The translations under genes and the position numbers were made by a program. The notes beneath the pieces are model-generated. The model did not search any database. It was given only the letters and a program-made list of their open reading frames with translations, and was not told the origin of the DNA. From Podarcis filfolensis (Eukaryota), in the NCBI GenBank assembly GCA_964270895.1, contig OZ185436.1: a DNA stretch of 64,000 bases. One strand, written 5' to 3'. This document shows, in pieces, positions 1 to 12,161 of this stretch. Each line of letters opens with the position of its first letter. The stretch's first letter is position 1.

Positions 1-179
1 GTTATTACATTTTGGATTCTTATAAACTCCATGTGGGTTCTATCCAATTAAAGGATGCTCAGAATAGACAAATTCAAGTTGGTGGGTGAAAGTCAGTCAT
101 GTCCATGATCTGCTCTGAGTAGGACTAGCGTTGGATACAACCCTATGTATCTTAGGGTTCACAGATTGTTTTTGCAATA

Positions 180-420
180 CAGTGGTACCTCAGTTTACAA
201 ACTTAATCCGTTCCAGAAGTCTGTTCTTAAACGGAAACCGTTCTTAAACCGAGGCGCGCTTTCCCTAATGAGGCCTCCCGCCGCCGGTGCCCTTCTACCG
301 TTTGGATTCCGTTCTTAGACCGAGGTAAAGTTCGCAAACTGGGACCCTACTTCTGATTTTGCAGAGTTCGTAAACTGAATAGTTCATAAACAGGGCTGTT
401 CTTAAACCGAGGTACCACTG
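180..420. mobile_element. Tc1/mariner-type (Tigger-like) MITE
   Basis: Terminal inverted repeats CAGTGGTACCTCAGTTT...AAACCGAGGTACCACTG with TA on both sides (178-179, 421-422), no ORF. Confidence 0.85.
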
Positions 421-527
421 TATAGCGATATATTCAGCCTCCGTGGTTTCATCTGCATGGTGTTTCCTGTGCTTTAATGTGATGTCATTTGAGTTGTTCT
501 CCTGTAGGAGGCATTTTGATTGGGTAA

Positions 528-530
<3 letters not shown>

Positions 531-582
<52 letters not shown>
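531..582 (+). repeat. (TC)26 microsatellite in the polypyrimidine tract before PPARGC1B exon 3
   Basis: Uninterrupted TC repeat seen directly. Confidence 0.97.
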
Positions 583-585
<3 letters not shown>

Positions 586-605
586 CTTCTGACTCCTCCC
601 ACCAG

Positions 606-818
606 ATTATTGACAGCGAGAATGAAGCGCTGCTGGCGGCTCTCACCGAGACACTGGATGACATCCAGGGAGACGACATGGGCCTGGCCGCCTTCAGACC
701 TATGGACGAGGGGGACATGCCCAACAGCGGCTGCACGTCACTCACCCCCTCTCCCAAACCTGCCGCCCCTCTCCCGAGGGGGCCTCCTCTGGCCCCAGAG
801 GTTGATGAGCTGTCTCTA
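606..818 (+). CDS. PPARGC1B: PGC-1beta coding exon (mammalian exon 3 equivalent); upstream exons lie outside the window
   Basis: ccag| acceptor and |gtaag donor; 213 bp, phase 0-0; [30 protein letters not shown]...PEVDELSL matches the PGC-1 activation domain. Confidence 0.96.
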
Positions 819-2943
819 GTAAGAACCCACTTCCTACTGTTTAAGGTGGATTTGGATGCGCCTCTGATAAGCCGGCTGCATGGGTATGATAGGAAGCAAA
901 GGTCTGAATTTTTTCATTATAGGCTTACAATTATAACAATACAAAAAGCATATACCTGTTATTGTATACGTATACATGTGCTGCACCATTGCTCTCACTC
1001 CATTGCCATCCTCATGGGGGAAAGGGTGTGACTGCTGTGGGGAGGGGGAATTGAGTGCGGGTCAGGCGTGTGAATGGCATCAGATGCATTCCAGAGCTGC
1101 AATCATCTTTAAACAAGCCCCACTCCAGTGGTGCCTCATTGTCTGCTGTTTCTTTCTCTTTTTTGATATATCTCATTTCCCAACATTCCCCCCTCCCCGT
1201 TCCTCCTCGCCCACTCCCACCCTCCACTCTCTGTGCCGCCAAGTCTCCCAAGTGCCGATCCCTCGCATGATCAGAGGCGTGAGAAAAGCTCCCTCCCCGC
1301 TATGAGGTTGGCTGGTGTCGCTGATCTGCTGTATCCCCTTATGGTCAGGGCTGAATGTATCTGCACCACCTTGCTGAAGCTTAGGCAGGTCTGGGTCTTG
1401 TCAGTGCCTGGGTGGGGGGACACACACAAAGACAACACTCCATGGCTGGGTCGCCCTGTGTTCCGTAATAGAAGAACACGAGAAAATGAGCAAATAAATT
1501 AGTATTTATTTGTTTTAAAAAACAAGAAACGGTATTGTGCACCATGGAATCCTGAATAAACTTATGGAAAAGAAATCTCTGCATGTATAGCAAATTGAAA
1601 GCTCAGCCCAGGTTTTCCAAATAAATAACTGAAAATCTGGAGTCTGTGACCACTATGCATTATGCATATTTTTCCTTTGGCGTAATTTTATTCTGCCTTG
1701 GCTAGTCTTAGGAACTAGGACTACCACCACCCCTACCCAGCCAACAACCAGAAGTTTAGTTACTTCCCACATTTTTGAGATTTCATCTGGTATTGCCCAC
1801 ACACTTTCAAGAACCCGAAGCTTGCCTTTACACTGAAGAGGTTCTCTGGAAAGCCAAATTCTGTGCCTAGAACCATATTCCAGCCCCTGCCCTGCACACC
1901 CTTTCTATGACTCCTGGAACTTGGGGGCTTGGCGAAGCTTGAAGTCCTAGCTACTCTGAGTTCTCTGTGGCTTCTGTCAGAGATCCCTTCTTAGCAAACT
2001 TGCAAGGAGTGGTGGAAGGGGAAGAGGGCACTGTGGATGGTGTCTTCACGGAGAACGTCACATTTTCAGAACCTGTTTTCACTTAGCACATGCCCAGAGC
2101 TGGAGGCTACAGAGCCTTTGACCTTCCACCCTTCTGTTACTTGGCCATGCTCTAAATCATCATACAAGAGTGTTGGTTTTAGAGGACTCCATATGTTCCC
2201 ACAGACTCCTGCCTATCATTCTCTATTCCCCCTCCTCCCCCTTCCCTTGTCTGTCATTAATGAATGTCATGATTTCTAAAAGTGTTCTGGCGGCATCTAG
2301 TGGTGAAATGTATGGCATTTTCACTTCACACAAAAGTGTGCATGTGTGTGGGTGTATAATATTTATATATTTATAGATATATATATATCACACAAATCCA
2401 TATGTGTATATATAGGATGTATACGTTGCAGGGGAGAAGGAAATAAACTTTTCATTTAAATATATTAGACAGCAGAAATTTTCACTTAATATTGTGATGG
2501 AGAAAGCAGGCATTTGACCGTGGGAACTGACTGACTGAATCTCCATCGTACGCTTAATTGTTAAAGAGCTTTTTTGAGTTTCCAGACTGCCTTTGAAGAT
2601 TTCCCCCGACTGCCACGTTCCCACAAGAGTCAAATCTGGCATTAATGTTAACGGATCCCATGTTGCCTTCAGTGTGAGAGTGTGGAATGTGAAACCTCGC
2701 CTCCCCCCCCTTTTTAAAAAAAACAAAACTGAAATATTCTAACCATGTAATCAGGAACATTTGGGTCATGATACCAGATACCCCAAGATAATTTTTCAGT
2801 CTTCTGTTTTGCCCACAACTTCCTTGATAGAATTAAAATAGCACTTGTCCCAAAGTTCATATTTATTTCTTTTTTTAAAAAAAGAACCTTGTAAATACTT
2901 GGCATTTGGACAGAACGTGCATCTTCAAAAGACTTGGCGAGCT

Positions 2944-2970
2944 GATCAATCAATCAATCAATCAATCAAT
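2944..2970 (+). repeat. (ATCA)n tetranucleotide repeat
   Basis: Seen directly. Confidence 0.9.
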
Positions 2971-3677
2971 CGAAGGCCATGTTGGAATGTTACATCCCAC
3001 TGATTGATTTTCAGGTGCTGATGCACTTGCTTCCTTGACACAAATTGGATGCCCGTAAAAATATATATTACAAGTTAGGGTTTAAAGGGTGGGTGGGAAT
3101 TAACCTCACTATCTAGAAGCCAGTTCAACAACAACAACACCCATGATTCTTCAAACTGCAAACTGCAGAGAGCTATCTCTCTCCCCCTCCAACTTTTCAC
3201 TTAAAGGAGCCTGGGGTGGAGGTGCCTGAATCTCTGCTGCCATGAAGGCAGCATGCTTGCAGAAGGCAGCATGCTTGCAGAATCCCGGACCTGCCAATTT
3301 TTAAGGTTTGGCAGGATAATTTTCACACTCTCACACACGTCTTCCTCTGTACCTAGGGGGTTTCTGCCATCGAAGGACACTTAACTCCACACATGGTGTC
3401 CCACCGTTTAACTATGGCAACAGAATGTTCATTTTGCACAATCAGACTTGATTTGATTATTCAGTGCCAAGACAGGTCTGGTCCTCCTTAGAGGAGGTGA
3501 CAGAGGTAGCAGCAGTTGGCAGAGCAGCACCGCACAACTGACTTCCTGACACTGAACTAAGATGGAGAAGGGCGGGGCAGGGCAGGGCAGGGAGAGCTCA
3601 GCATGGTGTAGGCATGGTGGCTGGAGCATCAGATTGGCTCCCGCCACTGCACCCACACCAGACCAGCTCTCTGTGCC

Positions 3678-3715
3678 CCTCCCTCCCTCCCTCCCTCCCT
3701 CCCTCCCTCCCTCCC
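3678..3715 (+). repeat. (CCCT)n repeat
   Basis: Seen directly; explains the GGREGGRE antisense ORFs. Confidence 0.9.
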
Positions 3716-4512
3716 TCGTGGTAAGCAGCAGTGACATTAGGCATTGCCTGTTCCACCCTGCCAACCACTGCTGGTAGTAAGGGGCACATACCTTGGTTTC
3801 CCTGGAAGATACTCCAGAGACGTTAAGGAGGAGTACCCAGAGAAGGATTGCGAAATGTTTTGTATAACATGCGATGAGTATTGTTGATAAGCCATTGCCC
3901 CTCCCCTATGCAGTAACTTTTGATACCTGCAGCCAAAGAGCTCTCCAGAAAGATGTTTGGTTTTTTGCAAAAATGATTTGTTTTTTGTGCGGCTCTTTCA
4001 GGAATTCTTCATATGCTATATAATTGCTACATGAACAGCACCTCCATGTAGGAAAATGGCACAAAACCTGCAGGCAGATCCTCATGTGTGATAGTCACGT
4101 ATGCAGGCTTTTTCGCTGCACGTAGCTATGAATGAATTTTTGTCATCACCTTGATGAGCTTTAACAACAAGGCAGTGAGCCTCCATGGAGCTGGGTCTTG
4201 GTAAGTATCCAATGCTAGTTGGAACTGCAAGCCAGACCCAACTCAGGAGGCAATAAATTCGGAAATGGTCTTTTCCAAGCCCCTGTTTGCTTTCAGTCTC
4301 AGCGTGTGTTGGAGCCTCCCCATGACCCTGATTCATGTGACTCTTCGAACATCTGTGGCTGCCAAAACTCATGTTGTGGGGGTGGGAGAGCTGAATCTCC
4401 ACTCCAACTGCTTAGAGGAGAGCAGGAGGGTTGACCTGGGATAATTTAAGCAGACGTGGCTGTTCATTTATGTAGGAATTCCGACTCTTTCTTTCACCGC
4501 TTCCCTTTCCAG

Positions 4513-4629
4513 CTGAAGAAGTTGCTCCTTTCTCCATCCAATGTGCCTCCAAGCTACGAGGTTCAGAGAGAGGGGAGCACATGGCGTCAAGGAACTCCCA
4601 AATCCAGACCCCAGCGACCCTGTACAAAG
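4513..4629 (+). CDS. PPARGC1B: PGC-1beta exon 4 equivalent with LxxLL motif
   Basis: ttccag| ... |gtattg; 117 bp, phase 0-0; LKKLLLSPSNVPPSYEVQREGSTWRQGTPKSRPQRPCTK. Confidence 0.95.
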
Positions 4630-7600
4630 GTATTGTTTGCCTTAGCAACCCTAACCTTTGCCCTAAGATAGCACACCGCACTATATTTACCCAAGATTAA
4701 ATCCAAGTTGTACATTACAGCTCACCTCCCGTTTTAAACAGAAGAAGTATGGTCAGGAGGGCCTAGTAAGCACTGGCACACTCCCATCAGTATTGTTAGA
4801 AGTGTTTTGTAAATTTTTATTTATTTGTTAAATGACTTCTGTCTTGCCTCTCCTTAAAACACTTGAGGTTGCTTGTAGTAACGGCTTAACTTCACCAATA
4901 AAACCAGAAAGTGGTGACAACGTTTTCACCAACAAAAAAGGTTGTAGCAGGCAAAAATAGTTCCCATGGCCACTCTTATCAGTGTAATCATGGTGATGTC
5001 TACTCAGAAAGTGGAATTTACTTCCAGATGAGTGTATATAGGACTGCAGCCTTAATCAGCTCACAACCTTTCCTGAATAAGCCCGGGGTTGGTTGTGTGC
5101 CAGGAGGTGAGCAGTGAGGTAGACAAGCAGGCCTTTTGTGCAACCAAGGTGCCACAGTCAAAAAGGCCCTCTTGTGCATGTTTGGCCACAGTGCTTCAAG
5201 CACATCAGAGCCTCCATCAATCATTTAATTGAGATGCATTCAGAAGTTGGGGCTTGAAAGCCCATGACATGCTGCCCAAAGTGAGGGTGGCATTGATTTC
5301 ACATTGAATGCATGTGGAACTTGGGCTGAGATGGCCGTGCCCTATGTGTGTCATCAGAGCAGTTTGAACTTATGGCAGCTGTTGGGGCAGTGGCACCAGA
5401 GGGCCAGCAGGTGACTCAGTTGCATCTTGCACTACCTGGAGCATCCAAGTGAGCCATTGGAGTAGCCCTACTTAGGGTGCATGATGGGACCCTGGCCTAG
5501 CTAAGCAAGATCTTTGCTTACTACTTTAAGCAAAAACAATGCATCTTGGTCATGTTGACTTAAATCTGGTTTTTTACTGTCACTGTTGTCCTTTAAAATT
5601 GAGGTGGTACCCTGGATCTTCAAATCTTTATTATTTAGCCAAAGGTCATCCATTGACAGGCCATCATGCATTTTTATGCAGTCCCTTGTGAACATACCAA
5701 ATGTTAATCAAGGGGTGGTTTAAAAAAGCTTGCCCTAGTCTCACTCATAGAGATTTTTTCTTTCTAAATTTATCAAGAGGCAAGGGATTTTTTTAAAAAA
5801 AACTTTTCGTTATTTATATCTCTCTGTGGGGATTTGAAGAAAGCAGCTAGGGCAGCTAGATGCAAAAGAAATCTGGGCTCCTGTGCCCTTTAATGGTGGT
5901 GTTGGAGAGGGAATTTCAGCCAGTGTAGTTTGTCATGCACATTTATGGATGTTGCAGGAGCCCTGTCCTCTCACATCGGGCCACTGTAGTAGTGCCCTAG
6001 CTACGGTGTCCAGGCAGACATGCTCCATAAACTGTGAGACCAGTACTGACAGGTGGAATCCACTGTATTGTACGGTTTGTCTACCCTTGAGGAATTTGGG
6101 TTGCGTAGCAGGAATAAAGAGCCATGAATACAGAAGCTGGCCATACCTGGGTTAAAGGAGAGATGAGAGAGAAAAAACAGGACACTGGTAGTGATATCAG
6201 AGTGAGCCTTCTCAAAACAAGAAGACTTTCATCTGTGTGCCCTTTGGAGTGCGGTGTACAAAGAGCCTCTTTATTTTCCCCAGATTCCCTTCGTCTTTAA
6301 ATTTTGTCATGGTGATCTTTCCCCTCTTCTCTCTCACTCTCATCCTTGACCCCAAATTAGAATGGAGCTTCCCAGCAGCTGACTGAATTGACTTTAGCTG
6401 GGCAGAGAGCTACACGTAAAGTTGCAGAACCAGTCCAGTCATTTAAACTAATCCCCTGAAATCCACACAAGATGCCATTAAAGATTTTCCACTTGGGTGA
6501 TGGAAATTGTGCAGTGCATTAGGCAAGTGGATTTAGATTGCATGGGAAAGGCAGGGCTAAGTGGGGAGGGGGGTTGGAGAAAGAGAGAGACAGTGACCCT
6601 TCCATGCCAACTGGAAAAAAGGGGAGGCAAATCAATACTATTTGCCACATACAGCAGCTAGAAAGAAATTTGATGCAAGGGGTGTGAAGAATCCCTTTGA
6701 TCTCTCTTGCTCTGTGCAGTTCTTGAAAGAAGCTGTTGAAAGTGTACATACATCCTCTCCTTTCTCATCTCCCCTTCCCAGTTCTTTAAACCCTGCATTA
6801 GCTTCCAGCAGCTTCCCCAAATCTTCATTTGATTTCTCCTACCCAGGGCATTCACTAAGGAACAAGGCTCTGCATCTCAACAGGTTATATCCCTCCTATT
6901 CTTCTGTTATATTTACACATACACAAACATAGGAGGATAAGGATGGGATCAATTTAAACTTCCACCCAGCTTTTACTGTTTCTCTTCAAGTTGTGCACAG
7001 ATGACTCTTATATATGATTCTTAGAGAACGGGCATGTCCTCCCATTACTTAGCTTGTGTACATATGCCATAGGCTTTGTGCTGAGAGATAGCAGAGATCC
7101 ATGCATAGGTAGATAAGCTTTCATCATCCATTTTCTTCTCTGATTCAGGCAGGGCAAGGGCCTCCTTGACCATGGTGGTAAGGAATGCTCCCCTCATTAT
7201 TAGTGGTGTCAAAGGCATCATCTGATAAATGCCCACAGTATTTGCTCAGTCAGCGTAACAGGAATTGAAACACAGGGCAGAGTGAGGCTTGCATTAAGCA
7301 GCAACCTTTACTGGAAAGTAGTATTGCTGCTTGCTACCAAAAAACTGGCTGCTGAGGAGGAAGAAGAAGAAGACGACAGATACAGTTTAGTGGCTTGGAT
7401 GCAAGGGCATTCATTTACTACCTTAGAATCTGACACGAAAAAGCCAAATTCTGCAAGTTATCTGAAAGTAGATGAGAACAAATAAGTTACACAAAGGGTA
7501 AAAGTAGTTGCTTTATAAAATTACATCAGACAGATCCTATAGGCATTAATGAAATGTAACTGATAAATTACCAGGGTAACCACAGAAGAGGCTGAATAGT

Positions 7601-7792
7601 TCTTCATATACAGTAGATTATTGATTCCATAAAATCTTCTGGGGGTAAACATTTCTACAGAAACTGCTGCAGTTGCTTACTGTAACCACCAAACATGGAA
7701 TGTGATGAGGAGATGAGGACTCTGTATATGATGTGGCTGGGAAGAAACTCATTCTTGGTTAGCCTAACTTCCTTTTCCCTCTGCTCTTGAAG

Positions 7793-8951
7793 GTGGACAG
7801 TGTCCGAGACCGAAAGCCGAGTTTTCTCCAGGCTCAGAGCCGGAGCTGCACCGAGCTTCATAAGCACCTCACCTCCATCACTGCCCACTGCCCACACACA
7901 AAGGACAACTGGCCGCCGGACGAGTGCCACAGTGGCGGCACGGAGCCCCAGAGATACTGCGCCCACCATGGAGAGGACAGCGACTCCGGTGAAGAGTTGC
8001 TGCCCTGCGGCAACATGGCAGCAACTCCGCCGTCTTCCTCCGAGGAAGGCACTGGAGAGAAGGAGCTGCACGCTACTGTGGAGCTCATCCGCTACATGCA
8101 CACTTACTGCCTTCCCCCCAGAAAGCTGCCCCCCACAGACCTTGCCGATGCGAGACACCAGCATTTCCACAGCCCCTCCAAGAGGGCCAAGCCGGATTGC
8201 CCCCTGCAGCGGCCTCCGCTCTGCAGCAAGGACAGTTGCCCGCCCAGCTCTTGGCAGCTCTCAGCGGGCTGCAAGCAGCCCAGAGCCCCCACAGCCAGTT
8301 TCTCCATCCTGAAGGAGCTTCTTGCCAGGGACCTCCCGTGTGATGTGAGCAAGCCATACCGGTTGGCCAAGCCTGCATACGCCTCCTTGACCAGATTGCA
8401 GCCACCCAAGGCTCCAGGAGCTCCACCACCCGAGGCTGCTGCGGGATCCACGGAGGCGTGCAAGTCCGCGGGCAGAATGCCACCAGAGGTGAAAACGGAG
8501 TCCAGGCAGGGCCCCAAAGCAGAGCCCGAGGTGAAGGAAGAGACCGGCAGCCCTGCAGAGGAGGAGGAGGACTGTGCAAAGCGGCCCCAGCTGGCCTTTG
8601 GGAAGGCAGGCCGCAAGCAGGAGAGCTTTATTTATGCCGTGCGGCGCTCCAAAAGACTCAACCCTGAGCTCAGTCTCTGGCTTTCGTTCCTTGATGACTC
8701 TCCCCCTGATCCGGCCACAGCCCCTCAAAACAAAGTGGCCTCCCCAGAACTGTCCCTGTGCTCCTCCACTCTGCAGAACTTTGACAGGGAAGCACCAGCA
8801 GCAGAGGTCGAAGTGAGCGGTGCAGGAGAGGCAGAGGACAGGTATCAGAGTCTCCCGATGGAGCTGCAAACCCCCTCACCAGAGAGCTCTGGGGAGAGCG
8901 AAGCATGTGAGATAAGCGAGAGCCAGTGCTGCGCCCTTTTGCATCAGACAG
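7793..8951 (+). CDS. PPARGC1B: PGC-1beta exon 5 equivalent (large exon)
   Basis: 1159 bp, phase 0-1; SFLQAQSRSCTELHKHLTS, ELIRYMHTYCLP, FSILKELLARDLPCDVSKPYRLA and VRRSKRLNPEL are PGC-1beta motifs; gaag| acceptor, |gtaccc donor. Confidence 0.95.
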
Positions 8952-9279
8952 GTACCCTAAGTAAGAGTCTGGACTTATGGGGAACATGGGAAGGGACATA
9001 GGAAGCTGCCTTATACTGAGCCAGACCAATGGTCCATGCAGCTCAGGGTTGTCCACAGTGTCTGGCAGTGACTCTCCAGGTCTTTCCCAGGCCTACTTGG
9101 AGATACTGTGGGTTGGCTCCTTCTGCAAGCAAGGCACATGCTCTTTGGTTGAGCTCTGTCCCTTCCTGTAAGGGAAGGCCCGTGCTTTGAGTTGAACACA
9201 GGGAACATATCCTGTAAAAGCTCATGGAGCACAGAGAAGGTGGGTTGTGGCAGTGTTGTGGCAAAGGAGGAATTCAGTA

Positions 9280-9432
9280 CAGTGGACGCTCGGGTTGCGA
9301 ATGTGATCCATGCGGGATGCATGTCCGCAACCCGCAGCGTTCACAACCCGCAGCGTTCCAGTATCCGGGTTTCGGCAGGTCCGTAACCTGAAAAAACGCT
9401 ACCTGAAGCATCTGTAACCCGAGGTATGACTG
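9280..9432. mobile_element. Tc1/mariner-type MITE related to the 180-420 element
   Basis: Imperfect TIRs CAGTGGACGCTCGGGTT...AACCCGAGGTATGACTG flanked by TA on both sides. Confidence 0.75.
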
Positions 9433-10069
9433 TACAGGCAAAGTTTGATGGGAATATCTTTAGAAGTTACACACACTTTGTGGAGGGACTCTTATACTGT
9501 CAGAGCTGCAGAGGACACTAGAACTCTGAGCTTCCAGCTTCTTACAACCCAGGTGACTAAGGAGCAAACCAGGCGTGGTGTGGGAAACCCAGGATCAGAC
9601 CCTCAGTGTCTCTCCTTTTACATCTTAAAACAACAGTAGAGAGTCCTGAATTGGATCAGAGCTTCAGTATTGGGCGGGGGGAGGGTAGTCCTTTTCCCTG
9701 TGGCAATTCTCTAATTTAACTCTTTCCTCCTCCCCCAACGGCTGCTATTGATTATTGAGGGTAGGGGTTAAAGGCAGGCATTACAGGCCTCTCTCTTTTT
9801 CCCAATAGCAGCTTGTGGGGAGGGCAGATTTAAATCAGGGAAACTGCAGAAGCAGGTAGGACTAACCCCTGCTCTCCCAGCCCTGCAACCCTGATCCAAT
9901 TATCTCCCTACTGCCTTTTAAGTGTTAAAAAAAAGATGTCAGATTCAGAAGATCCAATCTTGCTTTGTTTGGTCTTAATCTGCTTTCTCATGAGCAACCT
10001 AGTCCAGTTCAAAGGCACGGATATGGCTCACTGAGTCATTCTGCTTTTTCCTGTTTGTTTTTCTTTCAG

Positions 10070-10106
10070 AAGCACCAAGGTGTCTGTCGCTGCCCTTGGC
10101 AACAAC
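10070..10106 (+). CDS. PPARGC1B: PGC-1beta exon 6 equivalent (37 bp)
   Basis: Long pyrimidine tract plus cag|, |gtaagt donor; phase 1-2; EAPRCLSLPLAT resembles mammalian SPRCLMLALS. Confidence 0.92.
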
Positions 10107-10789
10107 GTAAGTGAAATACCAAAAATACATATTATTAGTGGAGGAGGATAGCCTCAGGTGTCAGGAACCTGGCACATGGCTGTCTCAGAACTTTGCTGCC
10201 CTTCTTCTTCTTTGGCGATCACTCGTAGCCGAGTAAGATTGTCTTCCATAAACACAGTTTTAACAATGAGTCCGTAAGTGGCTGTGGAGGCCAATTCTGG
10301 ATCCACACGTCCTTCCACAGTGGGGACATTGGTTTCCGGGCAGGAGTTGATCACGGTGTGGGTTTGCCAAGCGTGCCTTCCTCTTAGCACGTTTCTCCCT
10401 TGTGCCCTAATGCATGCATGAAAATATAACATAACTGTGTGCAAATAAATCCACAAATGGTATTAGCCCATATACACTTTTTACTAGCATATGCTGGTCA
10501 TTTGTGACACTGTAGTAGCATATAAGGGTGGTCATGGAGAGCAGTTTCCTTCTAGTTTGCAAAACTTTCACTGCATAGTTACCTGGAACTATTCCCTGCT
10601 CTCTGGTCCTTACCAGTTGCATGGCCATTTAGAAACATGGCAACTGACCCTTGATGGTTTGGCCAGAGTCACTTTATCTTTACAGCTTCCTTGTTTCTGG
10701 TTTAGTATGTGAATTGTGATGTCTCCATCTTTAACATACACCTTATCTCTTCCATGACCTCTACACTCTCCTTTTCTCCTCCTCTTTAG

Positions 10790-10854
10790 AGAACCAACAT
10801 TTGGAAAGCGCAGTTTCGAGCAAGTTCTGACTGTAGAGCTGTGTGGCACTGCAG
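10790..10854 (+). CDS. PPARGC1B: PGC-1beta exon 7 equivalent (65 bp)
   Basis: tttag| ... |gtaagg; phase 2-1; EPTFGKRSFEQVLTVELCGTA. Confidence 0.96.
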
Positions 10855-11126
10855 GTAAGGGTGGAATTCGTTTTAAGAGTCTGCCACATCCTGCAAAATG
10901 TGAAGAGAAGGTGGGCCAGTGCCAAGGACCTCATGGTCAGCTAGTGACTTCAGGATGTTAATAGCCATTGACTTGAAGGAAAGGGACCCCCTTCATCTGA
11001 AATGGCAGCTATCTAACATAAGTGCCTGTGTCCTCACCAACTCCTTGAGAACTGCTATTACCATTTCCCCAAGACAAGAAGCTAGCTGTAAACAGAAGTG
11101 TGGCTGGCCCAGAATCAGTTATGCAG

Positions 11127-11262
11127 CAGGGTTTCCCAAACTTGGGTCTCCAGCTCGTTTTTGATTATAATTCCCATCATCCTGGACCACTTGTACTGCT
11201 AGCTAGGGTTGATGGGAGTTGTAGTCCAGCAACAGCTGGAGACCCAAGTTTGGGAAACTCTG
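11127..11262. mobile_element. Palindromic hAT-like MITE
   Basis: Long TIRs CAGGGTTTCCCAAACTTGGGTCTCCAGCT...AGCTGGAGACCCAAGTTTGGGAAACTCTG around the common squamate aattcccatcatcc core. Confidence 0.8.
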
Positions 11263-11389
11263 GTTTGACAGATGTGGCGGTGTACAATGAGGGAACAAGT
11301 CTAACAAGTCAAGGCAGCTTTCTTGTTTGTTTTAACTTTCCTGCTTCTGTACTGAAAGACCATCCTTTTGCTTCCTTGGGGGAGATAAG

Positions 11390-12161
11390 GTCTCACACCA
11401 CCAACTACACCACCATACAAGCCTTCAGAGGAGGACCTGTATAAGCCAGACATTCACCAGAGGCCAGCCAAGGAGACTGCCATCATCACCAGCTCTGAGC
11501 CACAGCCAATGATAGGGGACAGGGCAGCCTCTGGGAAGAAGCAGAAGAAGCACCCGGTGCGGACAGAGCTGTACGCACACCTGAGTCGGTCCACCCCCCA
11601 CCTGCCCCACCCCGAGCCACATGGGGTGCTGAAGCGCCCTTTCTCACGCTCTTTCGGCGACCACGACTATTGCCAGGTCTTGAAGCCCGAGGCCTCGCTC
11701 CAGAGGAAGGTGCTGAAATCCTGGGAGCCCCTGAGCCATGTGGAAAACAAACACAAGCGGAGAGCCCCTGATGTGCACTACCAGCACGAGAGTCAAGAGG
11801 GCGTCAATGTGACCTCAGTGAAGGAGGGAAGCCAGCAGCTGAGGGACCAGGAGATCAGGGCCAGCTTGACAAAACACTTTGGCCTCTTGGACAGTGCCCT
11901 TGATGCCGGGGAGGCGGCCTTCTGCAAGACGCCTGAATATGACACCGTCTTTGAGGACAGCTGCAGTGAGATTGGTTCCCCGCTGGAGGAAGAGGAGGAG
12001 GAGGAGGAAGATGAGGAGGAGGAAGAGTGCTGCACAAGTCCATTGGAATCCAAGATGTGCCCCTACAAGAACCCTCTTTCCAGGGCCAGTTTGCACTATT
12101 GCTCCCGAAGCAGGTCTGATTCTGAGTCTTCGTGCTGCAGGTCCAGGTCTCCAGCAAGCAG
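11390..12161 (+). CDS. PPARGC1B: PGC-1beta exon 8 equivalent (TPPTTPP, DHDY HCF-binding motif, acidic and SR-like tracts)
   Basis: 772 bp, phase 1-2; GLTPPTTPPYKP, KRPFSRSFGDHDYCQVL, EIRASLTKHFG, CKTPEYDTVFEDS, RSRSPAS; donor AG|gtgggc. Confidence 0.94.

Noticed and set aside
1-605. miR-378, known to be hosted by PPARGC1B
   Set aside because: Its host is intron 1, upstream of this window; no matching hairpin was seen here.
7655-9056. Several 130-200 aa ORFs antisense to or out of frame with PPARGC1B exon 5
   Set aside because: Shadow ORFs of a GC-rich coding exon; no domain motifs.
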